A stretch of 32,000 bases of DNA from Rufibacter radiotolerans (GTDB taxonomy: Bacteria > Bacteroidota > Bacteroidia > Cytophagales > Hymenobacteraceae). The notes below the pieces were generated by a model. That model did no database searches. It worked only from the letters and a program-made list of their open reading frames with translations, and was not told the DNA's origin. The stretch lies in assembly GCF_001078055.1 (NCBI RefSeq), contig NZ_CP010777.1:300408-332407 (forward strand). Direction: 5' to 3'. Shown piece after piece: positions 25,818 through 32,000 of this stretch (position 1 is the first letter of the stretch; each line of letters starts with the position of its first letter). Made by a program: the position numbers and the translations under genes.

Positions 25818-27148
25818 AACTACCCATATCTAAATTGCTGGTTTTCCTGAGCTTCTTCGCGGCGGTTCCTGCCGTGCAGGGCCAAACGGCAAAACAGAAG
25901 GCAGCCTGTGAAGAGGCGGTAAAGGAACACCTAAGAATAAATTTAAGCGAGCTGGAAGCCGGTTCTCTAAAGCTTTCTGTGGAGGCGTTGGCCTCAGTAG
26001 AAGCGATAGCCCACCTAGCGGCGAATGACAAACTGGTTGCCTTGCAGCGCCTGGCCCCGCTGGCATCGTTGCCGCCGTTCCCAGAAATGCCTCTGCAGAC
26101 CGGTCCCGCCAAATCCACTGAGGCAGACCCCAATGCCCAGCCGGCCTTCTCCATCACCAAAGTGAAGAAGATTGACCGCTCCTTTAAAGTAGACCGTTCT
26201 GATAAGCTGGCCATTGAAAACCAGTTCGGGCGGGTAGAGGTGCAAACCTGGGCCAGAAATGAGATGGCCGTAGAGGTGACCATTATCTCGCGCGCCGCCA
26301 CCGACGAAAAAGCCCAGGAGATCCTGGACAAGATCAACGTAAGAATCAACGAAGACCGCGGCAATAACCTTATCTCGTTTACCACTGAACGTGAGCCCAT
26401 GCAGATTCGCTCCAGTAGCGAGAAGGCCTTTGAGATCAATTACCTGGTAAAAATGCCCAAGGCCAATCCTTTAAAGGTGAGCAATAAATACGGCACGGTA
26501 CAGGTACCCGATCTGGACGGCCCCACTGAACTGGAGGTGCAGTACGGCAAGCTCACGGCCGGCCGGCTGAACAACGCCAGAAACAAAGTGCAGGTGTCTT
26601 ACAGCGGGGGCGAGTGCCAGGTGGACTACATGAAAGGCGGTGACCTGAACGTGAAGTATTCCCGCCTGCACCTTACCGCCGCAGATGACATCAAGACCAG
26701 CACCGGCTACAGCAACATCGCCATTGACAAAGTAGAGACGCTCACCATTGAAAGCCGCTATGACAGCAAGTTCCTGTTGGGCAGCGTGGGGCAGATCACT
26801 GGCAACGGTAGCTACTCGGGCATTAAGATTGGCAGCCTGAAAGAATCGGCTAGCCTGAACATGAAATACTGCTCTGGCTTTGAGATCGCCAACGTGGCGT
26901 CCAACTTCAAGAACGTGAACCTCACTGCCGGCTATACGGGCATGGCCCTGGGCTTCGCCGATAATTCGGCCTTCAACTTTGAGGTAGACACCCAGTTCGG
27001 GAGCCTTAAAATGGACCAGGATCTGGCTAACTTCAGCTTTAAAGAGGTGAGAAATACGTCTAGCAGCTACAAGGGCAAATACGGTAAGTCTTCGCCTAAA
27101 GGCACCGTGAACGTGACCAGCCGCTACGGCAGCGTGGCGTTCCAGTAA
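25814..27148 (+). CDS. secreted beta-strand-repeat protein (DUF4097 / putative adhesin-like)
   Basis: ATGA overlap with the preceding gene. The signal peptide is LLVFLSFFAAVPAVQGQ. The C-terminal two thirds repeat short strand motifs (NKYGTVQV, VQYGKLTA, TGYSNIAI, GSYSGIKI, TQFGSLKM, SRYGSVAF). Confidence 0.65.
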   Translation: MKLPISKLLVFLSFFAAVPAVQGQTAKQKAACEEAVKEHLRINLSELEAGSLKLSVEALASVEAIAHLAANDKLVALQRLAPLASLPPFPEMPLQTGPAKSTEADPNAQPAFSITKVKKIDRSFKVDRSDKLAIENQFGRVEVQTWARNEMAVEVTIISRAATDEKAQEILDKINVRINEDRGNNLISFTTEREPMQIRSSSEKAFEINYLVKMPKANPLKVSNKYGTVQVPDLDGPTELEVQYGKLTAGRLNNARNKVQVSYSGGECQVDYMKGGDLNVKYSRLHLTAADDIKTSTGYSNIAIDKVETLTIESRYDSKFLLGSVGQITGNGSYSGIKIGSLKESASLNMKYCSGFEIANVASNFKNVNLTAGYTGMALGFADNSAFNFEVDTQFGSLKMDQDLANFSFKEVRNTSSSYKGKYGKSSPKGTVNVTSRYGSVAFQ

Positions 27149-27176
27149 GAGAAAAGTATAGGTTTAATAATAGGGA

Positions 27177-27207
27177 AAGAGCGGGCTGTTAACGGCCCGC
27201 TTTTTTT
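27177..27207 (+). terminator. Rho-independent terminator
   Basis: Stem agcgggc (27180-27186) pairs with gcccgct (27195-27201), and the T-run ttttttt (27201-27207) begins at the last stem base. Confidence 0.7.
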
Positions 27208-27213
27208 ATACCT

Positions 27214-27252
27214 CCGTTTTTAGGCTATTTTTGTGAAAACAGGCCTAAAACG
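27214..27252. repeat. dispersed palindromic element, copy I
   Basis: Sequence ccgtttttaggctatttttgtgaaaacaggcctaaaacg. The TAGGC/GCCTA variant is compensated. Its left arm contains tatttttg (27226-27233), which matches TAnnTTTG and ends 26 nt upstream of the RidA-family ATG. Confidence 0.7.
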
Positions 27253-27259
27253 TGCTGCC

Positions 27260-27685
27260 ATGGAAAACACGCCCTCCAATTTTATTAACGCCTCCAAAGC
27301 GCCCGAACCGGTGGGCCTGTACCCGCACGCCCGTAAGGTAGGTGGCCTGTTGTTTCTTTCGGGCGTAGGCCCCCGGGAGAGAGGGGTAAAAGAAATACCC
27401 GGCGTGACCCTGGACGCCGCCGGCAACATTGAAAGCTATGACATAGAGGCGCAGTGCCACTCGGTGTTCAAAAACGTGCGGGCCATTCTGGAAGAGGCCG
27501 GCTCTGCCTGGGAAAACCTGGTGGACGTGACCGTGTTCCTCACCAACATGAAGGCAGATTTCCAGACCTACAACCGGCTGTACGCCGAGTACTTCAAAGA
27601 CTGCCAGCCTTGCCGCACCACCGTAGAGGTGAATGCCCTGCCCACTCCCATTGCCATTGAACTCAAGTGCATTGCCACTATTTAA
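27260..27685 (+). CDS. RidA/YjgF family protein (reactive intermediate deaminase-like)
   Basis: Motifs are APEPVGLYPHARKVGGLLFLSG, VDVTVFLTNMKADFQTYNRLYAEYF and PCRTTVEVNALPTPIAIELKCIA. I prefer the ATG at 27260, because the track's GTG at 27233 lies inside the repeat element. Confidence 0.85.
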   Translation: MENTPSNFINASKAPEPVGLYPHARKVGGLLFLSGVGPRERGVKEIPGVTLDAAGNIESYDIEAQCHSVFKNVRAILEEAGSAWENLVDVTVFLTNMKADFQTYNRLYAEYFKDCQPCRTTVEVNALPTPIAIELKCIATI

Positions 27686-27743
27686 GCAAAAAGAAAGGCC
27701 GTTCGGCAATAACTTCCGTAGGTTTGCCTTTAGACAATAGAGC

Positions 27744-27790
27744 ATTTCTGTTTTTGGGCCGTTTTCTGTAAAACAGGCCCAAAACAGAAT
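27744..27790. repeat. dispersed palindromic element, copy J
   Basis: Sequence atttctgtttttgggccgttttctgtaaaacaggcccaaaacagaat. It belongs to the AAAACAG outer variant. Confidence 0.75.
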
Positions 27791-27858
27791 CTAACACCTG
27801 CTGGCCGGAGGGCGTGCCGTATTGGCAACCATAACGCTTTCCTGCTTTTACTTATCCT

Positions 27859-29658
27859 ATGCAACATACCCCAGAGCCGTTGTTTGCGGAGCGCCAGCAA
27901 CGCTTTTTTGCCGCCGAAGAAAAGCAGGCCTTCAAATACCGTTGGGTGGGCTGGCTGCGACTGTCCTTTTTTGTGGGGGCCGCCCTGGGCGGGGCGGCGC
28001 TGATCTATTACGGACAGGCGGCGGCCGGCATTGCTGTGCTGCTTGGTGGGTATTTTATTTTTGCCGCCCTCATCCATTGGCACAACAAGATAGAGTACGC
28101 CCGCAAGCACCAGTTGTACCTGGGCCTGATCAATCGCACCGAGCAGGAACGCCTCAAAGGAGACCTGAAAGACCTGCCCAACGGCGCCCATTTTGAGGAA
28201 CCCAACCATTTTTATGCGGCTGACTTAGACGTTTTCGGGCATAACTCCCTCTTTCAATTGTTGAACCGGGCCGTCACTCTTTTAGGCCAGCAGCGCCTGG
28301 CCGAGTGGCTGAAAACCCCGGCTCCGGCCCCGGAGATCATTGCCCGCCAGGAGGCCGTGGCCGAACTGGTGCTGGACATTGAGTGGCGCCAAAACCTGCA
28401 GGCCCGTGCTATGCACCACCATCGCAAGACGCAACAGTTGCCCCAACCGTTTCTGCTTTGGTTGCGCCAGCCAAATTTCTTTACAGGCAAAGGCTGGCTG
28501 GTAGTGGCCACGTTCCTGTTGCCCACGCTTACTTTGGCGGCCATTGTGTACTGGATGGAAGGCCATTCGCATTACCCTTTCCTGGCCCTGGTGGTGGTGC
28601 AGTTCCTGATTGCGGTCAAGTTCCAGCGGCAGCGCGATGAGTATTATGAAGAAAGCAGCGGCATGTACGAGACCCTGCGCAGTTATACAGACATGCTGGT
28701 GCACATTGAAGGCCGCACCTTTCAGAGTGCCCGGGCCCGGGAGTTGCAGCAGCAGCTGAGCATAGACGCCAAGCCGGCCTCTGAACACGTGCGGCAGCTG
28801 GCCTCCATTATTCAGTACTTGTCGGCCCGGCTCAACACCTACCTCAACTTTATCCTGAACCACGTGCTTATGTGGGACTTTATCTGGATGTGGCGCCTGG
28901 AACGCTGGAAACGCACCATGTCCGGCAGCATAGGCCAGGTGCTGAACGCCGCCGCCGAGTTTGAGGCGCTGGCCAGTCTGGCGGCGTTTCAGTTTGCCAA
29001 CCCAGACTACGCTGTGCCGCACATCAGCCCAGAGCCTTTCCGGTTTGAGGCAGAGGAGTTGAGCCACCCGCTTATTTTCAGCGTGGCCCGCAAAGCCAAC
29101 AGTATTTCCTTTAAGGGGGCCGGGCACACGGTTTTGATCACGGGGTCCAATATGTCGGGCAAGAGTACCTTTCTGCGGGCGGTAGGGGTGAACATGGTGC
29201 TGGCCTTTACCGGCGCGGCCGTCTGCGCCAGAAAGCTGGCCGTGTTCCCGGCGTTGGTCTACACCAGCATGCGCACCGAAGACAACCTGGCGGAGAACAC
29301 TTCCTCTTTCTACGCCGAGCTCAAACGCCTGAAGATTCTCATTGACCTCACCGCCACCGGGCAACCCGTCTATTTCTTCCTGGACGAGATCCTGAAAGGC
29401 ACCAATTCCCATGACCGCCATGAAGGGGCAATGGCCTTAATCAGGCAGCTGCACCAGCGCCAAACCTCAGGCTTTGTGTCTACCCATGATCTGGAGTTGG
29501 GCAATATGGAGCAGGAGTTGCCGGGCTGCGTGGAGAACTTTAGCTTTAACAGTTACTTTGAAGACGGGCACCTGCGGTTTGACTATACCCTTCGGCCGGG
29601 CATCTGCCAGAGCTTTAACGCCAGCCAGCTCATGCGCCAGATGGGCATTGAAATGTAG
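27859..29658 (+). CDS. MutS-related ATPase with N-terminal transmembrane segments (MutS domain III/V only)
   Basis: 599 aa. Walker A is ITGSNMSGKSTFLRAVG and Walker B is FFLDEILKGTNSHDR. STHDLEL is also present. There are about 4 hydrophobic spans (WLRLSFFVGAALGGAALIYY, IAVLLGGYFIFAALI, WLVVATFLLPTLTLAAIVYW, FLALVVVQFLIAV). I see no mismatch-binding domain I and no Smr domain. Confidence 0.8.
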   Translation: MQHTPEPLFAERQQRFFAAEEKQAFKYRWVGWLRLSFFVGAALGGAALIYYGQAAAGIAVLLGGYFIFAALIHWHNKIEYARKHQLYLGLINRTEQERLKGDLKDLPNGAHFEEPNHFYAADLDVFGHNSLFQLLNRAVTLLGQQRLAEWLKTPAPAPEIIARQEAVAELVLDIEWRQNLQARAMHHHRKTQQLPQPFLLWLRQPNFFTGKGWLVVATFLLPTLTLAAIVYWMEGHSHYPFLALVVVQFLIAVKFQRQRDEYYEESSGMYETLRSYTDMLVHIEGRTFQSARARELQQQLSIDAKPASEHVRQLASIIQYLSARLNTYLNFILNHVLMWDFIWMWRLERWKRTMSGSIGQVLNAAAEFEALASLAAFQFANPDYAVPHISPEPFRFEAEELSHPLIFSVARKANSISFKGAGHTVLITGSNMSGKSTFLRAVGVNMVLAFTGAAVCARKLAVFPALVYTSMRTEDNLAENTSSFYAELKRLKILIDLTATGQPVYFFLDEILKGTNSHDRHEGAMALIRQLHQRQTSGFVSTHDLELGNMEQELPGCVENFSFNSYFEDGHLRFDYTLRPGICQSFNASQLMRQMGIEM

Positions 29659-29692
29659 TTTAGCCCTGTTTTTGCAAAAACAGCCCCAAAAC
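29658..29692. repeat. dispersed palindromic element, copy K (outer stem decayed)
   Basis: Sequence gtttagccctgtttttgcaaaaacagccccaaaac. The inner 8-bp stem ctgttttt/aaaaacag is intact. The element begins at the last base of the MutS-like stop codon. Confidence 0.55.
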
Positions 29693-29728
29693 AGCGGCAC
29701 TAATTAAAAACCAGAACGTACAGGTTTC

Positions 29729-29736
29729 TAACTTTG
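29729..29736 (+). promoter_or_regulatory. candidate -7 promoter box for the 82-aa gene
   Basis: taactttg is an exact match to TAnnTTTG. Its flanks (c...cc) are the same as those of the box at 15460. It ends 35 nt before the ATG at 29772. Confidence 0.3.
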
Positions 29737-29771
29737 CCTTCTTCTTTCACCCAACTTTTTTTCTATAGCCC

Positions 29772-30020
29772 ATGCGTGTTGTCGCTGATATCCCTCACCC
29801 TGAAATAAAGATCACCTTACTTTCCTGGAACGGTAAGTACTTGCTCAAACTGGAGCTGGGCCCCTTTGAGCAAACCTACAAAGTAAGCGAGATGGAAGTG
29901 ACCGGCGGCGATGAGGAAGTGAAGAAATGGTTGGACGAGCCTTTCCTGCAGGGGAGCATTGAGCTGTTTCTGGCCATGCGCAAGAACCTACACGAAGCCC
30001 GCCTTCGCCACGAGTTGTAA
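29772..30020 (+). CDS. small conserved-looking hypothetical protein
   Basis: 82 aa with an ATG start and plausible composition (MRVVADIPHPEIKITLLSWNGKYLLKLE...). No family recognised. Confidence 0.55.
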   Translation: MRVVADIPHPEIKITLLSWNGKYLLKLELGPFEQTYKVSEMEVTGGDEEVKKWLDEPFLQGSIELFLAMRKNLHEARLRHEL

Positions 30021-30194
30021 CGCCTTAGCGCTGTTGGTAAATATTTTCCTCTGAGGCTGTGGAAAATAGTGTGGAGAACTTGCAAAATCAAAAACGTTAT
30101 CCTACTTTCATGCTAGACAGACAACAAGTGACTATTATTGTATGATTTTCACAGTGCCGTTATTGAGGTAGCGGTATTAGTCTCTTACAGCTAT

Positions 30195-30635
30195 ATGCAG
30201 ATAGGATTAAGCAAACATATAAAGATTTCCTATCGGGCAGATATGCAAACGGTGATTATCCGTTGGCAACAGCCTGTCACCTTCACGGAGTTTAAGATAA
30301 ACTGCCTGGCTATTCTCGCATTGGCCAAAGAAAACAGCGCCTCTTCCTGGCTGCTGGATTGCCGTTCAAAAGGCGAAATTACCGAACAGGAAAGTGACTG
30401 GCTAACCGAGGAATTCTACCCCAAAGCCATTGAGCAGGTAGCTTCCCAATTAGTGGTGGCCTGGCTATTGACGCCCCGCCAGATGCAGCGCCTGTCAGAA
30501 GGCGCCAACCTTTCTGCGGTGACCCTGGATAACCCCGTCATCCGGAGAAACGCCTTCATGACGGAGCAAGACGCCGTAAAATGGCTGGAAGAGTCTATGG
30601 CTACCTTGGAGAAAAATAGCACCCCCCGCTCTTAA
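30195..30635 (+). CDS. hypothetical protein
   Basis: I prefer the ATG at 30195 (MQIGLSKHIKISYRADMQTVIIRW...) over the TTG at 30138. The GC content is lower than in neighbouring genes. Any similarity to STAS/SpoIIAA-like folds is only an impression. Confidence 0.5.
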   Translation: MQIGLSKHIKISYRADMQTVIIRWQQPVTFTEFKINCLAILALAKENSASSWLLDCRSKGEITEQESDWLTEEFYPKAIEQVASQLVVAWLLTPRQMQRLSEGANLSAVTLDNPVIRRNAFMTEQDAVKWLEESMATLEKNSTPRS

Positions 30636-30786
30636 TCCTTTTCTTTCCTGTCTTTAAGCAGAGAACCCTTCTTTCAACTTCTTCCAGGCTTTTTGCCCTC
30701 TCTGGGCTGCTTCTATTCCCTAGCCCTTTCTTAGTAGATTTCTTTACTTACCTGACTGGTTTACCCTCTTTTCTTTTGGTAAAAGG

Positions 30787-30824
30787 CGTTTTGAGCCTGT
30801 TTTTAGGAAAACAGGCCCAAAACG
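30787..30824. repeat. dispersed palindromic element, copy L
   Basis: Sequence cgttttgagcctgtttttaggaaaacaggcccaaaacg. It has one arm mismatch and lies between convergent genes. Confidence 0.8.
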
Positions 30825-30847
30825 TAATTAGCGCACGGCAGCTAAGC

Positions 30848-31657
30848 TTACTCAGCAAAAGAAGGGTAGAGCGTCATGCCGCCGTCTACGTAAAGCGTGG
30901 CGCCGGTCACGTAATCCGCCTCGTCTGAGGCCAGCCAGGATGCCACCCGCGCAATGTCGTCTGGTTCCCCAATGCGGCCATACGGTATCTGTGACAGCAT
31001 CTTCTCTTTCCCTTCGGGGCTGCTCCAGTCTTCCTTGTTGATGTCGGTTTTTATGGCCCCCGGCGAGATGCTGTTGACCCGTATCTGGTGCGGCGCCAGT
31101 TCCTGGGCCAGGGTCTTCATCATCATGGCTACCCCGCCTTTGGAGGTGGCGTAGTTCACATGGCCGCCCCACGGAATGATATCATGCACCGAACTGATGA
31201 AGATGATCTTACCGGCCGCCCTGGAGACTTCTTTCTTTATGCCTTGGGCCATAAACTCGCGGGCGGCGGCGCGGGCACATAAGAAGGGACCGGTGAGGTT
31301 GGTATTGATTACTTTCTGCCATTGCTCCAGGGTCATGTCTACCAGGCTGGCGTCTTTCTGGATACCGGCGTTGTTTACCAGAATATCAATACTGCCGTAG
31401 GCATCTTTAGCATCTTTAAACATCTGCTCCACCTGGGCTTCGTTGCCAACATCTGCCTTAAGGGCCAGGGCCACGCCTCCTTCTTTTTCTATGGCCTCTA
31501 CAGTGGCCTGGGCTCCGTCTTCATCAGAATTATAATTGATCACCACCTTGGCGCCATCCTGGGCCATTCTCAGGGCAATGCCCTGGCCAATGCCTGAACT
31601 GGCACCCGTGATAAGGACTACCTGGCCTTGCAGTCGTTTTTGCTGTTTCTCTCCCAT
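30848..31657 (-). CDS. SDR family oxidoreductase (glucose 1-dehydrogenase-like)
   Basis: 269 aa. The cofactor motif is ITGASSGIGQGIA and NNAG is present. The catalytic motif is SSVHD...YATSKGG (YxxxK). PGAIKTDIN is also present. Confidence 0.88.
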   Translation of the reverse strand: MGEKQQKRLQGQVVLITGASSGIGQGIALRMAQDGAKVVINYNSDEDGAQATVEAIEKEGGVALALKADVGNEAQVEQMFKDAKDAYGSIDILVNNAGIQKDASLVDMTLEQWQKVINTNLTGPFLCARAAAREFMAQGIKKEVSRAAGKIIFISSVHDIIPWGGHVNYATSKGGVAMMMKTLAQELAPHQIRVNSISPGAIKTDINKEDWSSPEGKEKMLSQIPYGRIGEPDDIARVASWLASDEADYVTGATLYVDGGMTLYPSFAE

Positions 31658-31872
31658 GGTTCAACTATGTAATTGCGTCCGTTCTAATACCGGAAAATTT
31701 GATTTTGGTTATGCGGCACCGGAAGAAACCTTAAAGGAAGATTGCTTCTCTGGTGCCGTTTAGAAAAAAGCCCTTTCCATTCCCACGGCAACCACTATGT
31801 TTGTAGGAGAAAGCAACGCCAACCGCTAGAGGTGCGCGCTTTCTGATTTCTCTGTTGTTTCAACCTAACCTT

Positions 31873-32000
31873 ATGCCCTCTTCCATGCGCAAAATACTCC
31901 CCATTCTGTTTCTGTTGATTTCCTGGCAAGCCTCGGCCCAACTGGGCACCCTGCGGGAAAGCCTGTCTGCCAAAAGTAAAATACTGGGCAAAGAGGTGGA
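31873..32000 (+). CDS. secreted hypothetical protein, N-terminal fragment (runs off the right edge)
   Basis: ATG at 31873 gives MPSSMRKILPILFLLISWQASAQLGTLRE..., a signal-peptide-like N-terminus. The frame is open to the window end. Confidence 0.45.
   Translation, partial: MPSSMRKILPILFLLISWQASAQLGTLRESLSAKSKILGKEV

Noticed and set aside
28282-29421. A 379-aa ORF on the minus strand, plus other long antisense ORFs at 15833-16669, 19544-20398, 6201-6884, 10755-11300, 22681-23400, 13066-13698 and 12385-12936.
   Set aside because: Each lies entirely inside and antisense to a gene with clear family motifs (MutS-like, M20, HtrA, GT, SecA). Their translations are low-complexity and rich in Arg, Gly, His and Val with no motifs. 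This is the usual shadow-ORF effect in GC-rich coding sequence.
2959-30824. Reading the recurring palindromic repeats as a CRISPR array.
   Set aside because: The copies are dispersed singly across 30 kb, separated by whole genes, and lack regular repeat-spacer periodicity. No cas genes are present. CRISPR repeats are arrayed and separated by spacers of about 30-40 bp.
31713-31757. Inverted repeat cggcacc...ggtgccg in the divergent region upstream of the SDR gene.
   Set aside because: Only a 7-bp solid stem spans a ~31-nt interior with poor additional pairing. It sits between two gene starts, so it is not a terminator. Nothing supports an RNA gene or a known operator.
1-32000. tRNA, rRNA, tmRNA or other structured RNA genes, and mobile-element genes.
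   Set aside because: The intergenic regions were read on both strands. No T-loop or acceptor-like tRNA signature (GGTTCGAATCC type) was found. There are no rRNA-like stretches and no transposase, integrase or recombinase ORFs.

Overview
This window is a largely housekeeping chromosomal segment. It is probably from a Bacteroidota genome of the Cytophagales/Hymenobacteraceae type. That placement is inferred from absent Shine-Dalgarno sequences, TAnnTTTG-type -7 boxes, a SecA without the C-terminal zinc finger, and the SPOR, DUF4097 and ECF sigma gene content.

I support about 31 protein-coding genes, mostly on the + strand:
- Ppx/GppA phosphatase, a SAM methyltransferase and dapF.
- A glycan locus: GT2, GNAT, a GT-B type glycosyltransferase, glf, and a fused GH1-like/RmlD-like protein.
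- secA, deoC and a SPOR lipoprotein, which overlap and probably form one operon.
- An M20 amidohydrolase, a porin, hsp20, htrA and an ALDH7-type dehydrogenase.
- A DUF4442 protein and a proline-iminopeptidase-like hydrolase.
- An ECF sigma / anti-sigma / DUF4097 trio.
- A RidA-family protein, a membrane-anchored MutS-related ATPase and an SDR glucose-1-dehydrogenase-like enzyme.

I found no rRNA, tRNA, CRISPR array, transposase or integrase, and no recognisable defence or toxin system.

The most unusual signal is non-coding. A dispersed 40-50 bp palindromic element (core CGTTTTGGGCCTGTTTTT-loop-AAAAACAGGCCCAAAACG) occurs in 12 clear copies plus 1 degenerate copy, in most intergenic regions.
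- Three copies are perfect 23-24 bp palindromes that differ from each other by compensated substitutions.
- The right arm is conserved better than the left arm.
- Several copies sit next to separate canonical terminators.

Secondary points of interest:
- The uncharacterised cytoplasmic GH1-RmlD fusion next to glf.
- A GATACNN heptamer array that ends 7 nt before the dapF start codon.
- An AT-rich leader and atypical N-terminal extension on the glycosyltransferase upstream of glf.
- A low-GC small membrane gene.

All family assignments come from motif recognition by eye. No database search was run.
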